Assembly (NCBI GenBank): GCA_038206355.1
Contig: JBBRAY010000008.1
Span: 17,975 to 81,974, forward strand
Length of the DNA: 64,000 nucleotides
Direction of reading: 5' to 3'
DNA from: Bacteroidia bacterium
GTDB taxonomy: Bacteria; Bacteroidota; Bacteroidia; AKYH767-A; 2013-40CM-41-45
Below the pieces are notes generated by a model. That model saw only the letters and a list, made by a program, of their open reading frames with translations, was not told the origin of the DNA and made no database searches. The translations under genes and the position numbers were made by a program. This document shows, in pieces, positions 1-9,964 of this stretch. Position 1 is the stretch's first letter; each line of letters starts with the position of its first letter.

Positions 1-1102
1 CAAAATAAGAAACTGTAACACCACCGGCATTGAGGAAAAGATCAGGAATGATCAGTACTTTTTTCTGGTTCAATACGGCTTCTCCGTTTTTTGTAACCGG
101 TCCGTTGGCGCCCTCTGCAATCACCTTTGCTTTGATGCGCGGAGCATTGTCTTTGTTAATCTGATTTTCAAGTGCCGCAGGAATTAAAATATCACATTCC
201 GCTTCGAGTAATTCCAAAGAGTTGGTGTAGTTTTGGGCACCCGGAAAATTCAGGATGGAACCGGTTGACTGCCTGTGTTGATATACCTCTTCAACATCCA
301 GGCCTTTTACATTATAGATACCACCTTCACGTTCTGCAATGCCAACGATCAATCCGCCGGCTTCCATACAAAACTTAGCAGAATAATATCCTACGTTTCC
401 CAGGCCCTGTACAATAATTTTCTTCCCTTCTATCCCGGTGGTAAGTCCGCAGGCTTTCATGTCATCAGCATTGCTCAATGCTTCGCGGATACCAAAGAAA
501 ACACCCTGTCCGGTTGCTTCCGTTCTTCCCTGGATTCCTCCCTGACCAATTGGCTTTCCGGTAACACAACCCAATGCATTCAGGTCATCAAATTTAAACG
601 TTGCATACGTATCTGCAATCCAAGCCATCTCACGCGAACCACTGCCGTAATCCGGCGCCGGAACATCTACGGATGGCCCGATCATATTTTTCTTGATCAG
701 TTCAGTAGTATAACGCCGGGTGATGCGCTCCATCTGACGCGGGGTATAATTCCGCGGGCTGATTTTAATACCACCTTTTGCTCCACCAAACGGAACATCA
801 ACCACTGCACATTTAAATGTCATCAGTGTTGCAAGCGCTTTTACTTCGTCTTCGTTTACAAACTCACTATAACGGATACCACCTTTGGTAGGCGTTTTAT
901 GGTGCGAGTGCTGAACGCGAATTCCTTCTATCACTTCTATCTTTCCTTCAATCTCTATCGGGAAATACATTTTGTAAATGCTGTTGCAGATTTTTATCTG
1001 ATTCAACAGACCGGGTTCGAAGTCGGTGAATGCCGCAGCTTTATCAAAGTAAGAAAGTACATCATTGTAAAACTTACTACCGTTTTCAAGATCGTTTTTC
1101 AT
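1..1102 (-). CDS. gdhA: Glutamate dehydrogenase (Glu/Leu/Phe/Val dehydrogenase family), 5' part only; the gene runs off the window start
   Basis: Minus-strand translation from the ATG at 1102..1100 reads [37 protein letters not shown]...[57 protein letters not shown] and GGAKGG are hallmark GDH motifs. The ORF is open to position 1, which is why it is absent from the track. The listed plus ORF 275..1135 is its low-complexity shadow. Confidence 0.8.
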   Translation of the reverse strand, partial: MKNDLENGSKFYNDVLSYFDKAAAFTDFEPGLLNQIKICNSIYKMYFPIEIEGKIEVIEGIRVQHSHHKTPTKGGIRYSEFVNEDEVKALATLMTFKCAVVDVPFGGAKGGIKISPRNYTPRQMERITRRYTTELIKKNMIGPSVDVPAPDYGSGSREMAWIADTYATFKFDDLNALGCVTGKPIGQGGIQGRTEATGQGVFFGIREALSNADDMKACGLTTGIEGKKIIVQGLGNVGYYSAKFCMEAGGLIVGIAEREGGIYNVKGLDVEEVYQHRQSTGSILNFPGAQNYTNSLELLEAECDILIPAALENQINKDNAPRIKAKVIAEGANGPVTKNGEAVLNQKKVLIIPDLFLNAGGVTVSYF

Positions 1103-1280
1103 TTATTTCTGATTGGTTTTTTTGTGATGATGTAATGCTTTCCCATGTCGCATTACGTATGTATAGTTTTGGGGGTGGCAAAAGTAAAAGAAGCCTTGAC
1201 ATATGGCAAATATTGAACACACAATTATTGACAAACGTAAAGCAGCTTCATTTTGCCTACTTTTGCGGAACAATTACCTT

Positions 1281-2558
1281 ATGACTTTGCAAACTAACAA
1301 GATAGCTCCGGAATTGCCTGTAACTGAGCGGAGAAACGATTTTCCCATCCTGAACCAAATGGCGTATGGTAAGCCGCTGATCTATTTTGACAATGCTGCC
1401 ACATCTCAAAAACCACAGGTTGTAATTGATTCACTTGTAAAGTATTACGCTGAAAACAATGCCAATATTCACCGTGGTGTGCATTACCTGAGTCAGAAAG
1501 CCTCGCAGGCATTTGATGATGTAAGGGTAAAAGTTCAAAACCTGATCGGTGCGAATTCAGAACGGGAAATAATTTTTACACGCGGGACCACAGAGAGTAT
1601 CAATCTTGTTGCCGCAACGTGGGGCAGAAAAAATATTTCAGCAGGCGATGAAATTATAGTTTCTGCAATGGAACACCATAGCAATATTGTTCCGTGGCAA
1701 ATGCTGTGTGAAGAGAAGGATGCTGTGCTGAAAGTTATACCGATGAATGATGCCGGTGAATTGCTGATAGAGGATTTTAAAAAACTCCTTTCACCCAAAA
1801 CAAAATTTGTTTCTATAGTTCACACTTCCAATTCACTCGGTACGATAAATCCGATTCACGATATTATAAAGATTGTCCGGAATTATTCTTCCTCCACGGG
1901 AGCGGCCTTCCTCCCTGTCCTTATTGATGGCGCACAGGCTATCGCGCACAGTGAAATTAATGTGCAGGAAATGGATTGTGATTTTTTTGCTTTCAGCGGA
2001 CATAAAGTTTTCGGTCCAACAGGTGTAGGATGCTTATATGGTAAACTGAATCTGCTGGAAGAAATGCCGCCATATCAAGGTGGAGGAGAAATGATTCATT
2101 CTGTTTCATTCAAAAAAACAACTTATAATGAAGTCCCGTTTAAGTTCGAAGCAGGAACACCAAACATTGCCGATGTGATTGCTCTTGGCACTGCGATAGA
2201 TTACCTGAATTCATTGGATAGAAATTCAATTTCAGTTTATGAAAATGAACTGTTGGAATATGCAACTGAAAAACTGAAATCAATTCCGGAAATCCGTTTG
2301 ATTGGTACGGCAGAAGAAAAGACGAGCGTTGTATCTTTTATTATCGAAGGCGTGAATGCACTCGATGCAGGAATGTATCTCGATACGCTGGGTGTAGCCG
2401 TTCGTACCGGACATCATTGTACAGAGCCGGTGATGGATTTTTTCAAAATTCCCGGTACAATTCGCGCGTCGTTTCTCTTTTATAATACGAAAGAAGAGAT
2501 TGATGTGATGGTAGAGGGGGTGAAGAAGGCGATAGGGTTGCTAAGGCCTCACCCTTAG
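1281..2558 (+). CDS. sufS: Cysteine desulfurase, SufS/class-V aminotransferase
   Basis: Motifs FDNAATSQKP, NIHRGVHYLS, LIDGAQAIAH and SGHKVFGPTGVGCLYGK (PLP-lysine). The likely start is the internal Met MTLQTNK at 1281, and the gene ends with TAG. Confidence 0.85.
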   Translation: MTLQTNKIAPELPVTERRNDFPILNQMAYGKPLIYFDNAATSQKPQVVIDSLVKYYAENNANIHRGVHYLSQKASQAFDDVRVKVQNLIGANSEREIIFTRGTTESINLVAATWGRKNISAGDEIIVSAMEHHSNIVPWQMLCEEKDAVLKVIPMNDAGELLIEDFKKLLSPKTKFVSIVHTSNSLGTINPIHDIIKIVRNYSSSTGAAFLPVLIDGAQAIAHSEINVQEMDCDFFAFSGHKVFGPTGVGCLYGKLNLLEEMPPYQGGGEMIHSVSFKKTTYNEVPFKFEAGTPNIADVIALGTAIDYLNSLDRNSISVYENELLEYATEKLKSIPEIRLIGTAEEKTSVVSFIIEGVNALDAGMYLDTLGVAVRTGHHCTEPVMDFFKIPGTIRASFLFYNTKEEIDVMVEGVKKAIGLLRPHP

Positions 2559-2559
2559 T

Positions 2560-2590
2560 CCCTCTCCAAAGGAGAGGGAAATTTGTTTCC
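2560..2590 (+). terminator. Rho-independent terminator-like hairpin after sufS
   Basis: Perfect 8-bp stem CCCTCTCC aaa GGAGAGGG followed by aaatttgtttcc. Confidence 0.45.
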
Positions 2591-2874
2591 GTTACCTTTT
2601 GTAACTGTAAAGTATTGTTGAATCAGTCGATAAAAAACATGCTCATTTGTTTCCGTTTCAATTTGTATTGAAGACAAAAATCGCAACAGTTCAATTTCTC
2701 CCGCTCTCCCTTTCTTTATGTCTCCGTTTCTTTTATATGCTTTACGGAATATTTGAACCAATCAATAAAATCAATTTCATTTATTTGAATATCAATTGGT
2801 CCCTTAAACCAGAATACGAACGATCCAATCCCTCCCGCTCACTTCATCCCCCATTCTCCCTTTCTGCTTTACTC

Positions 2875-3444
2875 CTACTGGTATTGAAACCTAAAGTTTA
2901 AACGATTGATTAATCTTCGATAATTCTTCTTCAGATCACGGTCAACAGCACGAACGTCTTTATACTCCTGAAATTTACGAATCAGCAGCATGTCAAATAC
3001 AGAGCTTTCGAGGAAATCAATATCCCCTCTAAATCCGCATACACATAGGGCCCGCGTTTTTTTGAGGAATTTTTTGATGTTACGCTCATTCGTATCGAGT
3101 GTATTGCAGCTACCGAAGTGAATGATTTTATTTTCGCAGGAACCATTTAGTGTCTCTGCGAGCTCCTCCAGATTTAAATAATCATTCCCCACCTTAATTT
3201 GCTCCGGATTACCATGAAATGCCAGATATGCAATGGTATAATTCTGATACCTCTTCTGTTTCCAGAGTGACAGGTAATATTTTAGATTATCTTTTGTACC
3301 ACAATTTTTGTGGATGTACTCAATGCCACAGTTGGCTTGTAAAAAATCCAGGGCAGCGCCAACAGTTGACTTGTCACGCAGGTCTTTATCCCAATCACCT
3401 TCCAGGCAGAATACATTCTTGTTCAGATTTGTTGCAATAGTCAT
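2875..3444 (-). CDS. Hypothetical 189-aa protein with a caspase-like His...Cys arrangement
   Basis: Complete ORF with no recognisable family. Two hydrophobic beta-strand-like segments are each followed by a potential catalytic residue: YTIAYLAFHGNPE and KIIHFGSCNTLD, about 35 aa apart. It is the last gene of the minus-strand run that contains the B12-binding subunit and the crotonase. Confidence 0.5.
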   Translation of the reverse strand: MTIATNLNKNVFCLEGDWDKDLRDKSTVGAALDFLQANCGIEYIHKNCGTKDNLKYYLSLWKQKRYQNYTIAYLAFHGNPEQIKVGNDYLNLEELAETLNGSCENKIIHFGSCNTLDTNERNIKKFLKKTRALCVCGFRGDIDFLESSVFDMLLIRKFQEYKDVRAVDRDLKKNYRRLINRLNFRFQYQ

Positions 3445-3522
3445 AATTCAATTCTTCCTTTCTAATATTTGTACGAATAACCAATCAATGCGAATATTCG
3501 AATAACGAATCCAAAGATTTTT

Positions 3523-4311
3523 TTACCGTTTGAAATTGGGTTTTCGTTTTTCCAGGAATGCAGAGATCCCTTCTTTCACATCGTCTTTACCAAAACATTT
3601 TCCGAATTCTTCTATTTCAAATTTAAATCCGTCAACACCCGGAGTATGATAAACATCAACGCATTTTATTATTGAAGCAACAGCGACCGGACTTACCGCA
3701 TTAATTTTATTTATAATCGTTTTACATTTTTCCATCAGCAATTCACGGGTTGTAACATCATTAACAAGACCCAATTGATGCGCTGTCTGTGAATCAATCA
3801 TATCACCCGTCATCAGCAGTTCCAACGCTTTTCCTTTTCCGATCAGTTGAACCATTCGTTGTGTTCCGCCATAACCCGGAATCAATCCGAGCTTCACTTC
3901 CGGTTGACCGAATTTTGCGTTATCGCTGGCAAAACGCAAATGACAACTCATCGCCAGTTCGCATCCTCCGCCCAGTGCAAATCCATTCACGGCAGCAATA
4001 ACCGGCTTTGGACAAAGTTCAATGCTTCGGAAAATTTTATGTCCGTCGGCGCTGAGTTTTTTTCCTTCTTCAACAGAATATTTTGCGAACTCAGATATAT
4101 CAGCTCCTGCAACAAATGCTTTTTCACCGGCTCCGGTTATAATCATTCCGGCAACTGAAGAATCATTCACGCCTTCTTCCACGGCCATACCGATTTCCTG
4201 AATCGTGAGATGATTCAATGCATTCAGTTTATCAGGGCGGTTAACGGTGATTATTAAAATTCCGTTATCGATTTCTGAGAGGATATTTTTATATAATGTT
4301 GATATAGTCAC
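3523..4311 (-). CDS. Enoyl-CoA hydratase/isomerase (crotonase family)
   Basis: KLNALN, GAGEKAFVAGADISEF and AAVNGFALGGGCELAMSCHLRFAS. Confidence 0.85.
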   Translation of the reverse strand: MTISTLYKNILSEIDNGILIITVNRPDKLNALNHLTIQEIGMAVEEGVNDSSVAGMIITGAGEKAFVAGADISEFAKYSVEEGKKLSADGHKIFRSIELCPKPVIAAVNGFALGGGCELAMSCHLRFASDNAKFGQPEVKLGLIPGYGGTQRMVQLIGKGKALELLMTGDMIDSQTAHQLGLVNDVTTRELLMEKCKTIINKINAVSPVAVASIIKCVDVYHTPGVDGFKFEIEEFGKCFGKDDVKEGISAFLEKRKPNFKR

Positions 4312-4321
4312 TTTTGGTGTT

Positions 4322-4348
4322 TTATCCCCGACTTGATAGTCGGGGTAA
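4322..4348. repeat. REP-like GC-rich palindrome between the crotonase and the B12-subunit gene
   Basis: CCCCGACT tgat AGTCGGGG, a perfect 8-bp stem. It is related to the hairpins flanking the RAYT at 20.7-21.35 kb. Confidence 0.6.
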
Positions 4349-4798
4349 TTAAAAATTTCTTCTTTGTTGAACTTCTTCTTTAATGTATTTTACAATTTCA
4401 TCGGTGTTGGTTCCCGGGTCGAATAATTTTCCGGCGCCGAGTTCATTTAGTTTCTTCATATCATCGGCAGGAATAATTCCTCCGCCGGTTAACAATACGT
4501 CATTCATTCCTTTCTCTTTCATCAGTGCAATAATTTTCGGAAACACAGTATTGTGTGCGCCGGAAAGAATGCTGATGCCGATTACATCAACGTCTTCCTG
4601 CATGGCGGCATTCACAACCATCTCCGGTGTTTGCCGAAGGCCGGTATAAATTACTTCCATGCCGGCATCACGAAGAAATGATGCAATCACTTTTGCGCCA
4701 CGATCATGTCCATCCAATCCAACCTTTGCGATGAGTACACGGATGGGACGTGAGAATTTTTTTTCTGATGAAACAGAAGTGGTTTTTATTTCCTGCAT
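4349..4798 (-). CDS. Methylmalonyl-CoA mutase-type cobalamin(B12)-binding domain protein
   Basis: [32 protein letters not shown]; DxHxxG is the B12-binding motif. Confidence 0.8.
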   Translation of the reverse strand: MQEIKTTSVSSEKKFSRPIRVLIAKVGLDGHDRGAKVIASFLRDAGMEVIYTGLRQTPEMVVNAAMQEDVDVIGISILSGAHNTVFPKIIALMKEKGMNDVLLTGGGIIPADDMKKLNELGAGKLFDPGTNTDEIVKYIKEEVQQRRNF

Positions 4799-5206
4799 AA
4801 ATGAGCCCTGAAGGTTTGGGAGTGGTTCAAAGTTAATAAAGGGGAATGACCCCCTAAACCATTATATCAGGATTTTTTAGTTAAGAAGTTATTGTGTTAA
4901 TTATCAAATGGAAAGGTTTTAAATTGTCAATTATTAATAACTGACTGATTAAAATATCAATAAATTGATATTGAGTATTAAATAAGGAATTGACTGAAAA
5001 ACAGGCTTTTCAGGAATAACTAAAAGCTAAGGCCGGGAGGGTAAAAACAGGATAATAAAAGGCTGGACGGTTAAAAATAATACAGTCAAATTGTAAGTAA
5101 TCAGGTCAGATATGATGGTACATGGACAGACACTTTTACAAAATGAGTTACAAAGGAATCTACATGAAATTCTATCCTGTCCTTAAGATTTTTGCAAAAA
5201 ATAATG

Positions 5207-5214
5207 TAAATTTG
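5207..5214 (+). promoter_or_regulatory. Candidate Bacteroidota sigma-A -7 element (TAnnTTTG)
   Basis: TAAATTTG lies 26 nt upstream of the ATG at 5240 in a 440-bp AT-rich intergenic region. Confidence 0.3.
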
Positions 5215-5239
5215 AGAAAACTATCTATAGATAGGTGAG

Positions 5240-7162
5240 ATGAATAAAGTTCTACTGCTCTTATGCATTTCCCTTTTATGTTTTGAAACTTCTTTCTCTC
5301 AGAAAAGAAACAACATCTGGTGTTTCGGAGACAGCGCTTTGATTGATTTTAACACTCCAAACAACCCTGTTACCGGAATGAGTTCTGTAAGAAGCCGAGG
5401 CTCATGTGTTTCTATTGCCGATACTTCGGGACAACTTCTTTTCTATGCATATACAAGATATGGTATGTCGGGCAATACAACTTTGGTCATGAATAAAAAT
5501 AACCAGATCATGCAAAATAGAAGCAATATTGTTGGTGAGGGCTGGTACACTGAATTAATAATAATTCCTTATGCAAATCAAAATGATTTGTATTATCTAT
5601 TCTCAATATCTGTGACCGGCAGCAGTCAACTAGGACTTTATTATTCTGTTATTGATATGAGTATGAACGGAGGGCTTGGAATCGTAACTCAAAAAAATAT
5701 GCAGTTATCGAATTTACAATCTGTGGATGGTATTCAGGCGATTAGACATTCTAATGGAAGAGACTGGTGGTTACTGTTTCTTCCATGGCCAGTCAATCCG
5801 TCAAATGAATTCCAAACTTTCTTAATTGATACGAATGGAATATCAGGTCCCATAATTCAAACAGTAGGATCAAACAGGGTTGGTGTTTCAGATGGAATCG
5901 CATTCACTCAAAATGGAACCAGATTTTATTTAAAAACTCATTTTGGATTGGTCGAAAGATACGATTTTGACAGGTGTTCAGGAGTTATTTCAAACCCTCT
6001 TAATATAGAGCCTGAGTCAAATGGTAATTTCTATTTTGGAATTGCTATTTCTAAAAACGATAGCATTTTATACTTATCAAATCAGAATTCTAATTCACAT
6101 GGTTACTTATTTCAATATAATTTAATTGCACCCAATATTGCAACTTCAAGAGATACAATTTTTGATTTTGATTACTCCATATTTCCCAATAATTGCGTTG
6201 GTCAATTACGTTTGGCGCCAGACAATAAAATCTATATGACTAGCACAGATTGGGGAACCAGCAGTCTCTACTATGATAGCATGACCTATACTCCGTATAA
6301 TATGAATCTTGGAGTTATAAATTCCCCGAATTATTTAGGAACTCCATGCAATTTTCAACCATTCAGTTTTTCTCTGGGAGGCAAAAGAACTTATTGGTCT
6401 TTACCCAACAACCCGAATTATGATTTAGGTCCGCTCGTAAACAGCCCTTGTTATTTCTCAGTAAATTTTTCTGCCACAGATTCAATTTGTGCCGGGAACT
6501 GCATTGACTTTACAAACTATACATTAAATGCTAATTCTTATCAATGGAATTTTCCAGGAGCAATACCGAATACCAGCACAGATATAAATCCGCAAAGTAT
6601 CTGTTACCTTAACCCGGGCAACTACGATGTAACACTTATTGCCTCAGATGCAACCGGAAGCGATACACTAACTCTCACAAACTATATTACAGTATTTCCA
6701 AGCCCTCCACAAGCCATCACTCAAATCGGAGATACGCTTTTTGCAATCCCTCAGGCAGGAACTTATCAGTGGTACTTTAACGGTATTGTAATCAACGGAG
6801 CAACAGGTAGTTTTTATGTTGCACAGCAGAGCGGAGATTATAATGTGGTTCATACGGATACAAACGGATGCGAAGTAGAAGCAGCGGTGACCAATGTTGT
6901 AGCGGATGTACAATCGAGAATTGACAATCGCCAATTGACAATTTTTCCAAATCCCGTGACAGACAAATTCACCATTCCTGCCAATCTATTCGAACCAGAA
7001 AAACCTGTCGACATCTCAATTTTCAATGTGCCCGGAGAAAAGCTATATCATACTATTGATTACAGAAGGGAAATGGACTGTGGATTTCTCTCTCCTGGGA
7101 TGTATATTCTGGAACTAATTTCTGATAGTAAAATCTACAGGGCAAAGTTTGTCAAAAATTAA
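5240..7162 (+). CDS. Secreted protein with a T9SS type-A C-terminal sorting domain (paralog of 9965..11413)
   Basis: Signal peptide MNKVLLLLCISLLCFETSFSQ. The C-terminus LTIFPNPVTDKFTIP...GMYILELISDSKIYRAKFVKN is a Por_Secre_tail. The N-terminal QKRNNIWCFGDSALIDFN, LLFYAY and NGRDWWLLF blocks are shared with the gene at 9965..11413. Confidence 0.75.
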   Translation: MNKVLLLLCISLLCFETSFSQKRNNIWCFGDSALIDFNTPNNPVTGMSSVRSRGSCVSIADTSGQLLFYAYTRYGMSGNTTLVMNKNNQIMQNRSNIVGEGWYTELIIIPYANQNDLYYLFSISVTGSSQLGLYYSVIDMSMNGGLGIVTQKNMQLSNLQSVDGIQAIRHSNGRDWWLLFLPWPVNPSNEFQTFLIDTNGISGPIIQTVGSNRVGVSDGIAFTQNGTRFYLKTHFGLVERYDFDRCSGVISNPLNIEPESNGNFYFGIAISKNDSILYLSNQNSNSHGYLFQYNLIAPNIATSRDTIFDFDYSIFPNNCVGQLRLAPDNKIYMTSTDWGTSSLYYDSMTYTPYNMNLGVINSPNYLGTPCNFQPFSFSLGGKRTYWSLPNNPNYDLGPLVNSPCYFSVNFSATDSICAGNCIDFTNYTLNANSYQWNFPGAIPNTSTDINPQSICYLNPGNYDVTLIASDATGSDTLTLTNYITVFPSPPQAITQIGDTLFAIPQAGTYQWYFNGIVINGATGSFYVAQQSGDYNVVHTDTNGCEVEAAVTNVVADVQSRIDNRQLTIFPNPVTDKFTIPANLFEPEKPVDISIFNVPGEKLYHTIDYRREMDCGFLSPGMYILELISDSKIYRAKFVKN

Positions 7163-7248
7163 TTCTACTTTAATATTAATTTTTCGGACTGTTGCATCAT
7201 CAACACCAAAGGTTTATCTTCGTAAAAGGAAAAAAGCAAATAATACTT

Positions 7249-7476
7249 ATGTCTGAAATAGAAAATCGCATTACAGTAAGTCCTGATCAATGTGGAGGCC
7301 GCCCTTGCATAAGAGGAATGAGAATTCGGGTTTCAGATGTATTGGATTTACTGGCAAATGGGCTTAATCAACAACAAGTTCTGGAAGAAATGCCCGATCT
7401 CGAAGCTGATGATATCAAGGCTTGCTTGACCTATGCATCTACAAGGCTTAATCATCCTGTTTTGAAAGCTGCATGA
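7249..7476 (+). CDS. DUF433-family antitoxin-like protein
   Basis: ITVSPDQCGGRPCIRGMRIRVSDVLDLLANG is the DUF433 signature. The stop overlaps the next start in ATGA at 7473-7476. Confidence 0.7.
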   Translation: MSEIENRITVSPDQCGGRPCIRGMRIRVSDVLDLLANGLNQQQVLEEMPDLEADDIKACLTYASTRLNHPVLKAA

Positions 7477-7814
7477 ATGTGATGATTTGGCTTGACGCTC
7501 AGCTTTCTCCACTTCTCGTAAAGTGGATTACTGAAACATTTGGGATGGATTGCAATCATGTTCGCGATTTAGGATTGAGGGATTCAACCGATAAAGAAAT
7601 TTTTTTTTCTGCAAGAAAATCAGAGGCAATAATTATCACTAAAGATTCAGATTTTCAGGAACTCGTTTACAAGCATAAATCGCCACCGAAAATTATCTGG
7701 CTCACATGTGGTAATACCTCCAACGAACATTTAAAAACAATTTTTCAGAAACGACTTCCTGAAGCTGTTGCTATCTTAAATACCGATTGTGATCTGGTAG
7801 AAATTACTGATTAA
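7473..7814 (+). CDS. DUF5615 (Mut7-C/PIN-like) toxin-like partner of DUF433
   Basis: 113 aa (MIWLDAQLSPLLVKWITE...IIITKDSDF) with a 4-bp overlap onto the DUF433 gene. The two form the known DUF433/DUF5615 pair. Confidence 0.65.
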   Translation: MNVMIWLDAQLSPLLVKWITETFGMDCNHVRDLGLRDSTDKEIFFSARKSEAIIITKDSDFQELVYKHKSPPKIIWLTCGNTSNEHLKTIFQKRLPEAVAILNTDCDLVEITD

Positions 7815-7894
7815 GATTCAGCTTGCCGAAGAATACTAATTGAGATCCTCTCTCTATCCATTCATTTCCTACTTTTACCGCAAACCCGATCCCC

Positions 7895-8524
7895 ATGAGT
7901 TCAACACTACTCGCCACCATTCACATCATCACGGTAAATATTTTTTTATTGCTGTACATCATCAAAACGATTCTGCTTTTCAGCAATGAAGCGATGCTTG
8001 ATAAATTTACACGCGTCACCAAGGTCATTGAAATGATCATCAGCACGCTTTTCCTGATAAGCGGCATCTGGTTGCTGTTTATTCTCGGCGCCGTAAAAAT
8101 GCTGCTTATCATTAAGTTCATTCTCGTATTTATTTCAATACCCGTTGCCATGAAGGGCTTTAAGAACAAAAATAAAATACTGGCAGTCCTTTCATTGCTG
8201 ATGATCATCGGTGCTTACGGATTGAGTGAAGCGGCAAAGAATAAACCGTTTATCCCATCCATGGTGGAAGTAAACGGTAATGCTGCCGAAACAGAGAAAA
8301 CCGGCATCAAAACATACATGGCCAATTGTGCGATGTGTCATGGCAAAGACGGAATGAAAATGTACCGTGATGCAAAAGACCTGACTCAGTCTTCTCTTGA
8401 TGAGGCAAGTATTGAACTCATGGTCAGCGAGGGAAGCAAAGGAAAAATGCCGGCGTTCGGCGGGACTTTAAGCAATGAAGAAATCACTGCCGTAAGTGCA
8501 TACATATTAACACTCAGAAAATAA
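7895..8524 (+). CDS. Membrane-anchored c-type cytochrome
   Basis: About four N-terminal TM helices, then CAMCHG (CxxCH haem site) and a downstream MPAFGG Met ligand region. Confidence 0.7.
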   Translation: MSSTLLATIHIITVNIFLLLYIIKTILLFSNEAMLDKFTRVTKVIEMIISTLFLISGIWLLFILGAVKMLLIIKFILVFISIPVAMKGFKNKNKILAVLSLLMIIGAYGLSEAAKNKPFIPSMVEVNGNAAETEKTGIKTYMANCAMCHGKDGMKMYRDAKDLTQSSLDEASIELMVSEGSKGKMPAFGGTLSNEEITAVSAYILTLRK

Positions 8525-8589
8525 GTCCTCACGACTCACTCAAACGGAGGAAAAAGATTCATTTTATTTTTCAAGGAGAAACAATAGCG

Positions 8590-9819
8590 TTGACACAAAA
8601 ATCATTCAGCACCATAAAAGAAAAAGAAACGGCTGTTCTAATCGGCGTTTCATTGCGTAATCAGGAAGCCGACAGGTTAAACGAATACCTCGATGAACTT
8701 GAATTCCTGGCAGAGACCGCAGGAGCTAAGACCCTGAAACGGTTCATACAGAAACTGGATCATCCCGATTCGAAAACATTTATCGGCAGCGGCAAGCTTG
8801 CTGAAATATTTGATTACGTAAGAGAGCACAATGTTGACATCGTCATCTTTGATGATGAACTGAGCGGAACGCAAATCCGAAACATTGAAAAAGCCATCAA
8901 TCCTGATCCGCTGAAGAATGACGGATACAGTTGCCGCGTAGTGGACCGCACCAATCTCATCCTCGACATTTTTGCAAAACGTGCCCGCTCTGCGCAATCC
9001 AAAGCCCAGGTAGAACTTGCGCAGTACCAGTATTTATTGCCGCGCCTTACACGTATGTGGACGCACCTTGAAAAGCAACGTGGTGGTATCGGTATGCGCG
9101 GACCCGGTGAATCGGAAATTGAAACGGATAGACGGATGATCCGTGAAAAGCTGGCTAAACTGAAAGAGCAACTGAAAAAAATTGACAAGCAAAGCATCAC
9201 ACAACGTAAGCAGCGCGCAGAAGTTGTTCGTGTGGCGTTAGTCGGCTATACCAATGTAGGCAAGAGCACCATTATGAACCTCCTCAGCAAGAGCGAAGTG
9301 TTTGCTGAAAATAAATTATTTGCTACGCTCGACACAACAGTGCGCAAAGTAGTTTATGACCAGATTCCTTTTTTGCTTTCTGATACAGTTGGATTTATCC
9401 GCAAGTTACCACATGATCTAGTTGAATCTTTTAAATCAACTTTAGATGAAGTGCGTGAAGCAGACATTCTATTGCATGTCGTTGACATTTCTCATGTTCA
9501 GTTTGAAGAACAGCTTCACGTTGTGAATGAAATGCTGGTTGAATTGAAAGCATCTGAAAAACCAACGCTACTCATCTTCAATAAAATTGACGCCTATTCA
9601 TTTACCGAGAAAGAAGAGGACGACCTCACCCCGGCTACGAGGGAAAATGTCTCATTGGAAGAGTTAAAACGAACGTGGATTAGCAAACTACAGACCGACT
9701 GCGTATTTATTTCTGCCACAGGAAAAATAAATATTTCTGAACTCAGAGAGAAACTTACGGAAATGGTGAAGGAGCAGCACTTTAAACGGTATCCGAATTA
9801 TTTTTTTAAGCCGGAGTAA
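8590..9819 (+). CDS. hflX: GTPase HflX
   Basis: N-domain AVLIGV, G1 GYTNVGKST and DTVGF. It appears to start at TTG. Confidence 0.85.
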   Translation: MTQKSFSTIKEKETAVLIGVSLRNQEADRLNEYLDELEFLAETAGAKTLKRFIQKLDHPDSKTFIGSGKLAEIFDYVREHNVDIVIFDDELSGTQIRNIEKAINPDPLKNDGYSCRVVDRTNLILDIFAKRARSAQSKAQVELAQYQYLLPRLTRMWTHLEKQRGGIGMRGPGESEIETDRRMIREKLAKLKEQLKKIDKQSITQRKQRAEVVRVALVGYTNVGKSTIMNLLSKSEVFAENKLFATLDTTVRKVVYDQIPFLLSDTVGFIRKLPHDLVESFKSTLDEVREADILLHVVDISHVQFEEQLHVVNEMLVELKASEKPTLLIFNKIDAYSFTEKEEDDLTPATRENVSLEELKRTWISKLQTDCVFISATGKINISELREKLTEMVKEQHFKRYPNYFFKPE

Positions 9820-9964
9820 AGGGGAGGTTTATATTTTTTCTGCCAATACATGTTGACACAATGAATACATACAAAAAACGGATTATTTAAACGCACCACT
9901 TTTCTGGTCAGCTAACAGAGAAAAGAGCATCAGCAAAAATGATTTTTGGCTTGCCCCTTCTGTT

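Noticed and set aside
275-1135. 286-aa plus-strand ORF in the track
   Set aside because: Low-complexity translation. It lies entirely antisense to a well-supported glutamate dehydrogenase frame on the minus strand, so it is a shadow ORF.
8677-9200. Minus-strand ORFs of 106 and 128 aa inside hflX
   Set aside because: Antisense to a strongly supported GTPase frame.
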